Part shown: positions 18,120 to 27,370 of the stretch, piece after piece
Position numbering within the stretch: position 1 is the stretch's first letter
Layout: every line of letters starts with the position of its first letter
From: Planctomycetota bacterium
GTDB lineage: Bacteria; Planctomycetota; Planctomycetia; Pirellulales; Pirellulaceae
Direction: 5' to 3'
Assembly (NCBI GenBank): GCA_041178745.1
Contig: JBEGUT010000001.1
Coordinates: 1 to 44,567 of the forward strand
DNA: 44,567 bases
Made by a program: the position numbers and the translations under genes
Notes under the pieces: model-generated
Told to the model about the DNA's origin: nothing
Database searches by the model: none
What the model saw: the letters and a program-made list of their open reading frames with translations, nothing else

Positions 18120-19449
18120 GGATCTATTTGAAAATATGGAACGGGATAATAGGCGTCAAAACGAGCCGCTGGCCGCGCGTATGCGACCTCGCGATTTGTC
18201 AGAGTATATCGGACAAGAGCATTTTTTGGGGCCTGGCAAGCTGCTACGCCGTTTGATCGATGCAAAAAGATTGGGATCGATCCTGCTTTATGGCCCACCT
18301 GGTACAGGTAAAACGACGCTCGCACATCTCCTAGCCAAGCACACTGGTGGTGCTTTTCGGCAGCTTAGCGCGGTGACTAGCGGGGTCAAGGAGTTACGGG
18401 AAGTTCTGCAATGGGCGCAGGATGAAGTATCATCCGGACAGCCCAAGCCGCTGCTATTTATCGATGAGATTCATCGCTTTAATCGATCTCAGCAAGATGC
18501 ACTGTTACCTGATGTGGAGTCGGGGATCATCAGTTTGATCGGGGCGACAACGAGTAATCCTTTTTTTGCGGTCAATGGCGCGTTGCTCAGTCGCAGTCAG
18601 ATCTTTCAGTTGCAGCCGCTCCAAGAATCTCAAATTGTTCAATTGCTTGAGCGAGCTATTGCGGATAAGGAACGCGGATTGGGTTGGATACCGATTCAAG
18701 CAGAGAAGGCTGCGCTGGAGTACCTTGCGAGAATTGTAGAAGGGGATGCAAGGCAGGCGTTGGGGGCTTTGGAGGTGGCTGTACTATCCTGTCCTAAGCG
18801 GCCTGTCGTGATTGATTTGCCGCTAGCACAGGAGTCGGTGCAGCAGAAGTTGATTCAATTCGATCCTTCTGGTGATCAGCATTACGACATGGCCAGTGCG
18901 TTGATCAAGAGTATTCGAGGGAGCGATCCCGATGCCTCGTTGTATTGGCTGGCACGGATGCTGGAAAGTGGCGAGGATATAAGGTTTCTTTGTCGAAGGT
19001 TAGTGATTTTGGCAAGTGAGGATGTTGGTAACGCGGATCCGAACGCGTTAACGTTAGCTGTAGCTGCAATGCAAGCATGTGAATTTATTGGTTTGCCAGA
19101 AGCACAGCTGACTTTGTCACAAACGGTTATTTACCTCGCTTGCGCGCCGAAAAGTAATTCCGCAACGGTTGCTATCGGATTAGCTCGGCAGGAAGTTCGG
19201 CAAGGTCAGTTGATTCCTGTGCCTATTCATTTGCGTGATAAACATTATGCAGGTGCCGATCAGTTGGGGCATGGAAAGGGCTATCAGTATTCGCACAACA
19301 GTGACGATGGTGTTGCAGCTCAGGATTACCTCGGTGTGGATCGCATCTTTTACACACCGACCGATCGAGGTGCGGAGCGGGAGATTGGTGAGCGGCTCTT
19401 AAGGATTCGCGAAAGATTGCAGGAAGCGAAGAAGGGCAGTGCATCGTAA
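18118..19449 (+). CDS. rarA: Replication-associated recombination protein A (AAA+ ATPase)
   Basis: PLAARMRP..L.EYIGQEH, Walker A GPPGTGKTT, DEIHRFN.SQQDALLP, GDAR.AL, SIRGSDPDA.LYW..RM, ASEDVGNADP, YLA.APKSN. The listed ORF start at 17800 is an upstream extension; ATG 18118 matches the RarA N-terminus. Confidence 0.9.
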   Translation: MDLFENMERDNRRQNEPLAARMRPRDLSEYIGQEHFLGPGKLLRRLIDAKRLGSILLYGPPGTGKTTLAHLLAKHTGGAFRQLSAVTSGVKELREVLQWAQDEVSSGQPKPLLFIDEIHRFNRSQQDALLPDVESGIISLIGATTSNPFFAVNGALLSRSQIFQLQPLQESQIVQLLERAIADKERGLGWIPIQAEKAALEYLARIVEGDARQALGALEVAVLSCPKRPVVIDLPLAQESVQQKLIQFDPSGDQHYDMASALIKSIRGSDPDASLYWLARMLESGEDIRFLCRRLVILASEDVGNADPNALTLAVAAMQACEFIGLPEAQLTLSQTVIYLACAPKSNSATVAIGLARQEVRQGQLIPVPIHLRDKHYAGADQLGHGKGYQYSHNSDDGVAAQDYLGVDRIFYTPTDRGAEREIGERLLRIRERLQEAKKGSAS

Positions 19450-19578
19450 CTGGTCGATGGCCGGCTGGTTTTTCAGATGTTAACCAAAAGTTTCTCCGAT
19501 GACGCTCATCTTTTGATGACATTCATATTTTGAAAAACGATTCTAGATCTTTTACGACTGCAACTCCGATCGATCAAA

Positions 19579-20130
19579 TTTTCCCTTTTGAATTGCTAGC
19601 AAGTCGAACGACGAATCTACGGAACAAGGACTGTCCTCTCTTCCGCGTGGTTTGCTAGCAGTTCATGCACGTCATCCCGAACCAGGACTGTCCCGGTTTC
19701 CCTTTTGAATTGCTAGCAAGTCGATCGACGAGACCATGGAACAAGGACTGTCCTCTCTTCCGCGTGGTTTGCTAGCACATCATGCATGTCAACTCGAACC
19801 AGGACTGTCCCGGTTTTCCCTTTTGAATTGCTAGCAAGTCGATCGATAAGTCGATGGAACAAGGACTGTCCTCTCTTAACACTGTGCTGAGTGCGAATTG
19901 CTAGCGGGACCGGGCGATTTGCAGCAAAAGAACCAGGACTGTCCCGTCTTTTTTTGGTTGCTAGCATGTCGAGAACTTAGATGCGAGCAAGGACTGTCCT
20001 CTCTTCTGCGAGATTAGCAAGCAAGTCGAATCGGTCTGTCGCAAGAGAACAAGAAGAGAACAAGGACTGTCCCGGTTTCTTGGGGTGAGGGGCGAACAAC
20101 GATCGTTCTTTTTTCGGAGAATGCTAGCAA
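19579..20130 (-). repeat. Mosaic intergenic repeat array B: same family as A and C, inverted orientation, about 8-9 units
   Basis: GGACTGTCC cores at 19628, 19685, 19745, 19802, 19863, 19936, 19991 and 20064. GCTAGC cores at 19595, 19654, 19712, 19771, 19830, 19900, 19960 and 20123, plus a degenerate copy near 20013. The dimer unit repeats at 19581, 19698 and 19816. Confidence 0.9.
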
Positions 20131-20473
20131 TTCACCATAAGAATATTCGGCGACTGCAGTTGCTATCTTGGTTTGAGAAGGAGTTGCAAGACACGACGTG
20201 ACTCCAAAAGGGAGTGACGATTTCTCGAAATGATAGCCTTTCTAAAGTCGTCATTTTTTCTTTTTAGAATCTGTATTCTTTTCGAGTGTTTTGATGGCGA
20301 TAGGTCGCGGGGTTAACGTCATGCTCGTTGGGAGTCAAATTGCTGAGAAGTTTCATAAAGGGTGAAGTTCCTCTTGAGGGGAAGACGAGTTGCAGGCTAT
20401 ACACGCCGCTACTGGAGTTAGTTGGAGGAGTTGTGTTAGCGTTTGGACTTGGGGAGTATGGAGATTTCTATCG

Positions 20474-21022
20474 ATGCCAATACCACATTTTGACGCGACG
20501 ACTTCCGAAGCACTCCACTTTCTTTTCCTGTGGTCGGGATATGGAAGTTTGGTAGGTTTGACGGCAAAGGCAATTATGCCCGGTCGCGATGGTGGCGGGG
20601 CGTTAGCAACTTGGGCGTTAGGTTTGGGGGGAGGATTGATTGGTAATGTGGTTTTAGCGTTGCTGACCAATGAGCCTTTTGACTTGATGACTCCCTATGG
20701 TATCGTCGCTGCGGTTGCAGGTTCCTTTGGATTGCTTTTGGTCTATCGATTGAGCGATGGAAAGTTTTGGGAAGACGAGCCGCAGAAACCAAGGTTGAGG
20801 GAACTGGCTCCGGAGGAAATTGCTGACTTGCCGAGGCCGAAGCGTTTGCGTCGTCGCAAGGCCTGGTTTGATGAACAACGCATGGACACAACTGAGACGG
20901 GTGAGAGTTACTCGGAACCGGAGATACATCGAATCGAGCGAGTGACTCGGCAATTGTTGACGCACAAGACAACGCGAAGTTCTCCTGTGCGCCAAACGCT
21001 AGAAGAACCTGACGAAGCCTAA
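20474..21022 (+). CDS. GlsB/YeaQ/YmgE (transglycosylase-associated) family membrane protein with a charged C-terminal tail
   Basis: SLVGLTAKAIMPGRDGGGALATWALGLGGGLIGN matches the family signature. ATG 20474 is preferred to the listed 20390 start. Confidence 0.6.
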   Translation: MPIPHFDATTSEALHFLFLWSGYGSLVGLTAKAIMPGRDGGGALATWALGLGGGLIGNVVLALLTNEPFDLMTPYGIVAAVAGSFGLLLVYRLSDGKFWEDEPQKPRLRELAPEEIADLPRPKRLRRRKAWFDEQRMDTTETGESYSEPEIHRIERVTRQLLTHKTTRSSPVRQTLEEPDEA

Positions 21023-21202
21023 TTCGATTCGCTATTCCTTGAGCGAAATAGGCTTGATACTGCTAACCATCGGCAGATTGGATATAGACTTTCTGACCGA
21101 CGGCATATGATGCTGCCTGCTTTCTACTTTTCAGTTCTATACCAAACGGCCTTCTTTGGGTTAAGAGTTGTGCAGTGAGTTTCGCGGCGAACCTGAGCTC
21201 CT

Positions 21203-22888
21203 TTACTTATCTTTGACCATAAGTCGACGGATCGACATTCCACCGCTGAGATTTCGGACATCAGTGAAGCCCTGTCCTTTGAGCAAGCAGGCTGCAACAT
21301 GGGATCGCTTACCCGAGTGGCAGACGCAAATTGTTGGGCGAGTCGGGTCAAGTTCGGTCCAACGCGTGGAGAGTTCGTCGACGCTGATGGCAATAGCGCC
21401 TCGCAGTGGGAGTGTCTGTTGCTCTTTTGCGGTGCGAACATCGACTACCTGGAGGCCTGATAGATCGCTGTTGGGTTCGCTGAGGCTTGGCGATTGCTGG
21501 AGATCGTTTGAGGCAGCGAAGGCGGCCATATGCACAGGATCTTTCGCTGAGCCGTAGGGCGGTGCGTAGGCAAGGTCGACTTGTGCGAGATCATCGACCG
21601 TACCTCCGAAGTGCATTGCCGTAGCAATGACATCGATTCGCTTGTCGGCTCCTTCGGCACCAATGCACGATGCTCCAAGTATTTTTCCATCTGTGGGAGA
21701 GTAAATCAGTTTAAGAGTTAGATTTTTCGCGCCTGGGAAATAGCTTGCATGATGAGCCGCTTGGATGATAACGGTTCGGTGAGGAATTTTGTTTAGTCCG
21801 CAGGCGCGTTGGCTCAAGCCCGTACAGGCTGCTGTGAGCTGGAAGACGCGAACAACGGAGGTACCCAAAACACTTCCCATTTCGGTCGATTGTCCAGAAG
21901 CTGCGTGAGCACCGGCGACTCGGCCGCTGCGATTGGCAGGTCCTGCCAGTGGAACTCGAGATGGCTTATCGGTGACTCCATGATGGTATTCCGCCATATC
22001 GCCGACGGCATAGATGAGCGGATCGTTGGTTTGCATGAACTGATTGACGGTTACACCACCGGTTGCACCGAGTTGTAGATCGGCGTCTTTTGCGAGTTCG
22101 ACGCGAGGCCGAACACCTGCGCCAACGAGGACTAAGTCAGTAGAAATTTCTGAACCATCTGCAAGCACAATAGCAGTGGCCTGTTGCTGATTCATTCGTA
22201 GTTCTCGCACGTCCGCATTGACGATGACATCGACGTTGTGGTGAACCAATTCATTATGGATCAACGCCGCCATTTCCGAGTCTAGTGGCGCGAGTACTTG
22301 GGGAGCTTTTTCGAGCAAGGTGACTTTGAGTCCAAGGCGATGGAATTGTTCGACCGTTTCGAGCCCTACGAAACCTGCCCCTATAACGGCGACATTCTGA
22401 ACTGAATTGTTCCTCAGGTAATCGAGGATGCGATCCATATCGGCGAGTGTCCATAGTTGGAAGACATTAGTGGACTGTTGAGGGTAAAATGGAGGTCGCA
22501 ATGGTTCCGAGCCCGTCGCGAGGATGAGCCGATCGTAGTGCAGCGAGCTTTTCTCGCCGGTTGGATGATGAATTATTTCGACAGATTGCTTGTTGCGATC
22601 GATATGAAGTGCTTCGGTTTGAGTGCGCACTTCGATACGAAAGCGTTTGTGAAAAAGTTCCGGTGTGGTCACTAGTAGGCTTTCACGCTGCGCGATGTCA
22701 CCACCGATGTGGTAGGGGAGGCCGCAATTAGCAAAGGAAACAACGGGACCTTTTTCGAGCAATATGATTTCGGCTTTCGCGTTTGCTCGTCGAGCTCTTG
22801 CAGCAGCGGTAGCGCCACCAGCGACTCCACCGACAATAACAATTCGAAGCGGCTGATTGGTTGATGTGTTCATGATGTTAGCATCCAT
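21203..22888 (-). CDS. CoA-disulfide reductase / NADH-oxidase-family flavoprotein fused to a C-terminal rhodanese domain
   Basis: GGVAGG FAD motif, single redox Cys in SFANCGLPYHIGG, a second dinucleotide motif VAVIGAGFVGLE, and a C-terminal rhodanese active-site loop CHSGKRS. Confidence 0.85.
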   Translation of the reverse strand: MDANIMNTSTNQPLRIVIVGGVAGGATAAARARRANAKAEIILLEKGPVVSFANCGLPYHIGGDIAQRESLLVTTPELFHKRFRIEVRTQTEALHIDRNKQSVEIIHHPTGEKSSLHYDRLILATGSEPLRPPFYPQQSTNVFQLWTLADMDRILDYLRNNSVQNVAVIGAGFVGLETVEQFHRLGLKVTLLEKAPQVLAPLDSEMAALIHNELVHHNVDVIVNADVRELRMNQQQATAIVLADGSEISTDLVLVGAGVRPRVELAKDADLQLGATGGVTVNQFMQTNDPLIYAVGDMAEYHHGVTDKPSRVPLAGPANRSGRVAGAHAASGQSTEMGSVLGTSVVRVFQLTAACTGLSQRACGLNKIPHRTVIIQAAHHASYFPGAKNLTLKLIYSPTDGKILGASCIGAEGADKRIDVIATAMHFGGTVDDLAQVDLAYAPPYGSAKDPVHMAAFAASNDLQQSPSLSEPNSDLSGLQVVDVRTAKEQQTLPLRGAIAISVDELSTRWTELDPTRPTICVCHSGKRSHVAACLLKGQGFTDVRNLSGGMSIRRLMVKDK

Positions 22889-22914
22889 TGCGACGTGAAC
22901 AGATTGAAGTGGAT

Positions 22915-23724
22915 CTAGGATCCAAAAGATTCCTTGGGACCGGGAAAAGATCCAGATTGAAGATCAGCTTTGAAGCGAGTGATTGCTTCGGCAGCCGCCT
23001 GGCGGAGTTGAGCGTACTGCCGCACAAACTTTGGCAAATAGCCAGAGTTCCACCCGAGCAGATCATTGGTTACGAGGACTTGGCCGTTGCAACTCGGTCC
23101 GGCTCCAATACCGATGGTCGGAACATGGAGAGTTTTGGTAACTTCAGCAGCGATCTGTTCTGGAACGCATTCCATTAGGACCGCAAAAGCGCCAGCGTTT
23201 TGCGCAGCTTCGGCATCGTGCATGATACGTTCCGCATCGCGCTGGACGACATAGCCCCCTAGTGCGTGGACGCTTTGGGGTCGGAGTCCTACGTGTGCCA
23301 TCACAGGGATACCCGCATCGACCATCGCGGCAATCGTATCGGCCTGAGCGGCACCACCTTCCAGTTTAATGCCATGGCAGCCGGTTCGTTTCATGATTTT
23401 CGCTGCAGATCGAAGGGTGTCTTGGACGCCGAGTTGTCCATGCGGGAAAGGCAGGTCGATGAGAACAAACGCTCTTTTAGCCGCTCGGGCTACCATTTCT
23501 CCATGGTAAATCATGTGGGAAAGGGTAACGGGTAGAGTTGTTTTGTGGCCTTGAACCACCATCCCGAGACTATCGCCAACCAGAAGTACATCCACCCCCG
23601 CTTCATCGAGAAGTTGGGCGGTGGGGAAGTCGTAGGCTGTCAGCATAGTGATGGGCTGGCTTCGAGTCTTCATTTTTTGAAGGTCTCGGACCGTGAGCTG
23701 TTTTTGCGAAAGCGAATCGGCCAT
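22915..23724 (-). CDS. panB: 3-methyl-2-oxobutanoate hydroxymethyltransferase
   Basis: ITMLTAYDFPTA..LDEAGVDVLLVGDSLGMVVQGH and the downstream KLEGG block are classical PanB. Confidence 0.9.
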   Translation of the reverse strand: MADSLSQKQLTVRDLQKMKTRSQPITMLTAYDFPTAQLLDEAGVDVLLVGDSLGMVVQGHKTTLPVTLSHMIYHGEMVARAAKRAFVLIDLPFPHGQLGVQDTLRSAAKIMKRTGCHGIKLEGGAAQADTIAAMVDAGIPVMAHVGLRPQSVHALGGYVVQRDAERIMHDAEAAQNAGAFAVLMECVPEQIAAEVTKTLHVPTIGIGAGPSCNGQVLVTNDLLGWNSGYLPKFVRQYAQLRQAAAEAITRFKADLQSGSFPGPKESFGS

Positions 23725-23929
23725 TGAATTTCTGCTGGAATTGGGAGAGCCTAGGGGCTACTGAAATGAAAAAAACAGGAGACAAGCTTTCGGAAGCTGC
23801 ATAGATTATACTCTGGACTTGGATTATTCCTGTAATCATTGAGTCTAACCGATTTTTAGCAGTAGGTGATTGGCCGAAAAGGTCTGTGGGCAACTGTTCT
23901 TTTGCGATTTTTGAGTGGAGCCTCTCCTT

Positions 23930-24835
23930 ATGATGAGTTTCTTTGGGCGTCGGGAGCGATCTTCGGCGATGACTTGCTCGCAGTCGTTATGGGTTCGTTA
24001 TTTGGTTTTTACTTGCTGCATGCTGACGACCATGGGAATATTGCCTTCGCCAGTTGCTGACCGCGAAGTTGGTCAAGCGTGGGGGCAGGCTCCAGGGGCT
24101 GATCGACAGGCCTTTAAAGTCAATGGAACTTTAAAAGGTATGCAAAACGGGATGTTGATGGTGACGGGTGCAGACAAAAAAGACTACATGGTCAAGTTGC
24201 CTAAGGAACTGGACAAGGTCCGTTATTCAGGACAGGCTGCGGTGGAATGGTTGAGCAATGGTCTTTTCGTTCGATTTGAAACACAAATGGACGAGAAGGG
24301 CCGTGTCGTAGGGGCGGTGAAGCAGATAGAGGTGTTTGTACCTGATCCGCAGTTGCAAAATAATCCAGCGACTATGAAGGAACATGTACCCGGAGTTCAT
24401 CTCCTTGGGGTCGCAGGTAGCGATGGCTTATTCAGCGACGAGAAAGTTCCTGCGAATTCGGTTAAGTCGTATCGAGTGATAGCGCAGCTGATGGGTGTCG
24501 CCAAGAACAAAATGATGGTAGCCGCTGGTAGTAATCGATTGCAGGTTGAAGTTGATCCTAATGTCGCTATTAATGTCTCGGTGCCAGGAATGGATTTATG
24601 CCAGCCAGGCGATGATATTGCGATTAGTGGCTTTACTTATCCGAACCAACCGCAGTTTGTTGAATCTCAAACAATCAGTGTGACCGGAAAACAGCTGATC
24701 GGTCAGAAGGTGAAAAAAGGTTCGAAGGCAGCCGCTTCGAAGACAACAACGAAGAGTCGTAAAGATAAGAAAGATGCTGCCGAGGCTGATGGTGCTAAAG
24801 AGGGAGCGGCAAAACCTAAGGCTGATGATAAGTAG
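23930..24835 (+). CDS. Hypothetical secreted or anchored protein with a Lys/Ala-rich C-terminal tail
   Basis: ORF with a hydrophobic N-terminal segment and a KKGSKAAASKTTTKSRKDKKD tail. ATG 23930 is preferred to GTG 23915. Confidence 0.5.
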   Translation: MMSFFGRRERSSAMTCSQSLWVRYLVFTCCMLTTMGILPSPVADREVGQAWGQAPGADRQAFKVNGTLKGMQNGMLMVTGADKKDYMVKLPKELDKVRYSGQAAVEWLSNGLFVRFETQMDEKGRVVGAVKQIEVFVPDPQLQNNPATMKEHVPGVHLLGVAGSDGLFSDEKVPANSVKSYRVIAQLMGVAKNKMMVAAGSNRLQVEVDPNVAINVSVPGMDLCQPGDDIAISGFTYPNQPQFVESQTISVTGKQLIGQKVKKGSKAAASKTTTKSRKDKKDAAEADGAKEGAAKPKADDK

Positions 24836-25076
24836 CATCGCCAGAAGTGAGTTGTTGTAGCCCCCGACTGCTAGTGCTTTATGTCATTATAGAATCGCGA
24901 TCAGCAGGTGTTGACGTTCGTCAAGTATCGATATGCTTCGATCTCAAGTTGAATCGCTCTTTTGTGTGCATCTTGGGATAGGCTGCGCGAAGGTACTTTC
25001 GCAAAATAGTTGAAGCGGATCTTTTGAACACCTCGATGTTTAATCAACCGGTCTATGGAAATTACAGAGCGGTGTC

Positions 25077-25583
25077 TTATATCCAACCTAACTCCAGGAT
25101 ATGGCGTTCGAGTCGTTCAATCGAAATGATTTGGTGATGGAGGTGACTGATTCGTACAAGGAATTGGTCGGCTTGTGTTGATGACTCGACTGGCAAGTGA
25201 AGATCATCGATCAGCTGATCGAGATGGGCTGAAGTCTCACGATGCTGGCGATCAATCTCATGCAATTGCGGTGTGAGGCTTGGGTGAAGTGAAGCGATCG
25301 ACTCAAAGAGAGCATCGCTGGAAGCTTCGAAAAAATGCTCATTAAGAACTGCACGAAAGTCCTCGAATTGATGGATTAACTCATCTTTAGTTGATCGATC
25401 GTGAAAATCTTGTAACCAAAGTTTCAACTGAACGTTAAGTAAGTTTAACGACTTCTCAGTCTTCGATTGTAGGCAGTGAAGATGTTGGCGAGTGGAGGCA
25501 AGTTCTTGTCTGTTGCGATACATGACATCATCACTTTCAGATTTAGCATATCTCTGGCCGAAGCTGCCGAGTTGGGTTAGCAT
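25077..25583 (-). CDS. Hypothetical helical protein (faint hemerythrin/HHE-like H..E pattern)
   Basis: 168-aa ORF directly downstream of the usp gene. LNEHFFEASSDALFESI and HRETSAHLDQLI resemble HHE-domain spacing only loosely. Confidence 0.4.
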   Translation of the reverse strand: MLTQLGSFGQRYAKSESDDVMYRNRQELASTRQHLHCLQSKTEKSLNLLNVQLKLWLQDFHDRSTKDELIHQFEDFRAVLNEHFFEASSDALFESIASLHPSLTPQLHEIDRQHRETSAHLDQLIDDLHLPVESSTQADQFLVRISHLHHQIISIERLERHILELGWI

Positions 25584-25635
25584 CTCGGCAGTATTGGGGT
25601 AAAAGGTGGTTCACGATTTGTCGCTTGAAAGTTGG

Positions 25636-26079
25636 TTAGCTCTTTTCTGTTGGTAGTTTGGTGACAAGGACGGGACAGCTGGCAAGGCGGACGACGCGTT
25701 CAGCTACGGAACCGAGAAGAAACCGAGAGAACCCGGTGCGACCGTGAGAAGGTATTACGATGAGATCGGCACCCAGTTCGACAGCTCGATCCGCGATAAC
25801 TTGCCCTGGATCTCCTAGACGCACTTCTGTGGCGATACCTTTAAATTCATTGCCGGATAATTCGTCACGCAGTGCATCACTGGCGTGGCGAATACGTTCT
25901 GCATCATCGATCGTGGCCCACACGACGCCTGGTTCTGTTGGGATCAGGAAGGGGAGGACGTGCAGCACATGGACTTGGGATGGTTGGCCAACAATTTGCA
26001 TCGCCATTTTTAGGGAATAGTGCGAATGATCGGAAAAGTCGAAGGGAACCAAAACGCACTTTTTTAGCGGCCAAGCCAT
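25636..26079 (-). CDS. Universal stress protein (UspA family)
   Basis: KKCVLVPFDFSDHS at the N-terminus and a C-terminal ADLIVIPSHGRTGFSRFLLGSVAERVVRLASCPVLV ATP-binding motif. ATG 26079 is preferred to the listed 26151. Confidence 0.85.
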   Translation of the reverse strand: MAWPLKKCVLVPFDFSDHSHYSLKMAMQIVGQPSQVHVLHVLPFLIPTEPGVVWATIDDAERIRHASDALRDELSGNEFKGIATEVRLGDPGQVIADRAVELGADLIVIPSHGRTGFSRFLLGSVAERVVRLASCPVLVTKLPTEKS

Positions 26080-26382
26080 AGTTGCTTTCCTTATGCCGGA
26101 AGTTAACGAACACGAACTCCAGTTGATCATAAGGTTCAAAGCTCGTGCCAATCGATGCGGAGTAGCAGGTTGTTGGCGAAGTTCTAGGTAAATTGTTGGA
26201 ATTAGTGCGTTTGAAGCGATGTTATTCAGGGATCAGATTCCAAAAAAAGGGAATTGAGAGCGAGAAAATGATCCGCTTGGGTGGTAGCAGGATGAATAAT
26301 GGTGGGGGGCTGAGAGTGTTTGGGTTTTTCAAGGGCTTGATGTGTGCGAAAGTGCACACGAATTGTGCGGGGAATGAGCGTC

Positions 26383-27345
26383 ATGGCCAAAATGTTGGAT
26401 CGCGTTGATTTGCGAGGTCTTATACCACCGCTGGTAAGCCCGGTGAATTTTGACGGAAGTTTGGATCTCGAAGGGACGAGACGATTAGTGGATCATGTGA
26501 TCGATGGTGGGGCTGCGGGGTTATTTATTTTGGGAACATGCGGCGAAGGTGCGGCCTTAAGTTATCGAAAGCGATACCAGTTTGTAGAGGCAGTTTGTGA
26601 AGCAGCAGCGGGACGGTTACCGGTGTTGGTTAGTGTGAGCGATACGAGCTTAGAGGAAGCGTTGGATCTGGCAACGCACTCATTCGCTTCCGGCGCATCG
26701 GCTGTTGTTTCGACTGGGCCTTACTTTCTTCCAGTACCTTCAGGACATATGGAAACGTATTTCCAAAGACTGGCGGACGAAAGTGCTTTGCCGCTAGTTT
26801 TGTACAACATGCCTGGCTGCACCAAGTTCAGCATTGCGCCAGCAGTTGTGGGACGCTTGGCAAAGCATCCCAGGATATTGGGTATCAAGGATAGTTCTGG
26901 AGATTTGAATTACGTCCGCGAACTTATTGCTGCAGTTGCTGGCCAAAGTTTTCCGGTGATGATTGGCCCGGAGGAATTGTTATTGCCAGCGATGGAGTTG
27001 GGCGCCGTTGGTGGCGTTAATGGTGGAGGTTTGTTGTTTCCCCAAGTGTATTCGGCTCGCATCGAAGCGTTTCGGCGGGGTGATTTTGATCTAGCGAAAA
27101 AGGCCGATGAATTTGTTCAAACGCTTAGTCGACAACTCTATTCAGCACCCTCGGGGCGAATGGCAGTCATTGAAGCATTGAAGCTCAGCTTGTCGTTGTT
27201 GGGGATATGTCAGCCTTGGGTACTTTCCCCTTTATTGCCGTTGGAAGAGGAGCATCGTCAGCGGATTACCCGATCCATTCCCGATCTCGAATTGATGGCA
27301 CATCAGTTGTGCCCCACCACAAAGCTGCACACTTCTTCCGTTTGA
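26383..27345 (+). CDS. Dihydrodipicolinate synthase / N-acetylneuraminate lyase family aldolase
   Basis: GLFILGTCGEGAALS (GTxGE motif), YNMPG and the Schiff-base lysine context ILGIKDSSGD. The start could be ATG 26374 or 26383. Confidence 0.8.
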   Translation: MAKMLDRVDLRGLIPPLVSPVNFDGSLDLEGTRRLVDHVIDGGAAGLFILGTCGEGAALSYRKRYQFVEAVCEAAAGRLPVLVSVSDTSLEEALDLATHSFASGASAVVSTGPYFLPVPSGHMETYFQRLADESALPLVLYNMPGCTKFSIAPAVVGRLAKHPRILGIKDSSGDLNYVRELIAAVAGQSFPVMIGPEELLLPAMELGAVGGVNGGGLLFPQVYSARIEAFRRGDFDLAKKADEFVQTLSRQLYSAPSGRMAVIEALKLSLSLLGICQPWVLSPLLPLEEEHRQRITRSIPDLELMAHQLCPTTKLHTSSV

Positions 27346-27370
27346 TTCTGACGCGGTAGTTCGCGCTTCA

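Noticed and set aside
19579-20130. Repeat modules acting as intrinsic terminators (CCAGGACTGTCCCGG followed by TTTCCCTTTT)
   Set aside because: The GGAC/GTCC stem would leave a 1-nt loop, and the realistic alternative is a 5-bp stem with a mismatch. Orientation relative to flanking genes also differs between arrays, so a terminator role alone does not explain the family.
24901-25086. 61-aa basic ORF downstream of the 25077-25583 gene
   Set aside because: Short, with no motif, and it overlaps the upstream stop by 10 nt. It is possible as a small gene but cannot be supported from sequence alone.
25077-25583. Functional link between the faintly hemerythrin-like protein and the TPCP P1B ATPase (P1B-5 enzymes often carry hemerythrin domains)
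   Set aside because: The genes are about 10 kb apart on unrelated transcription units, and the HHE resemblance is too weak to rely on.
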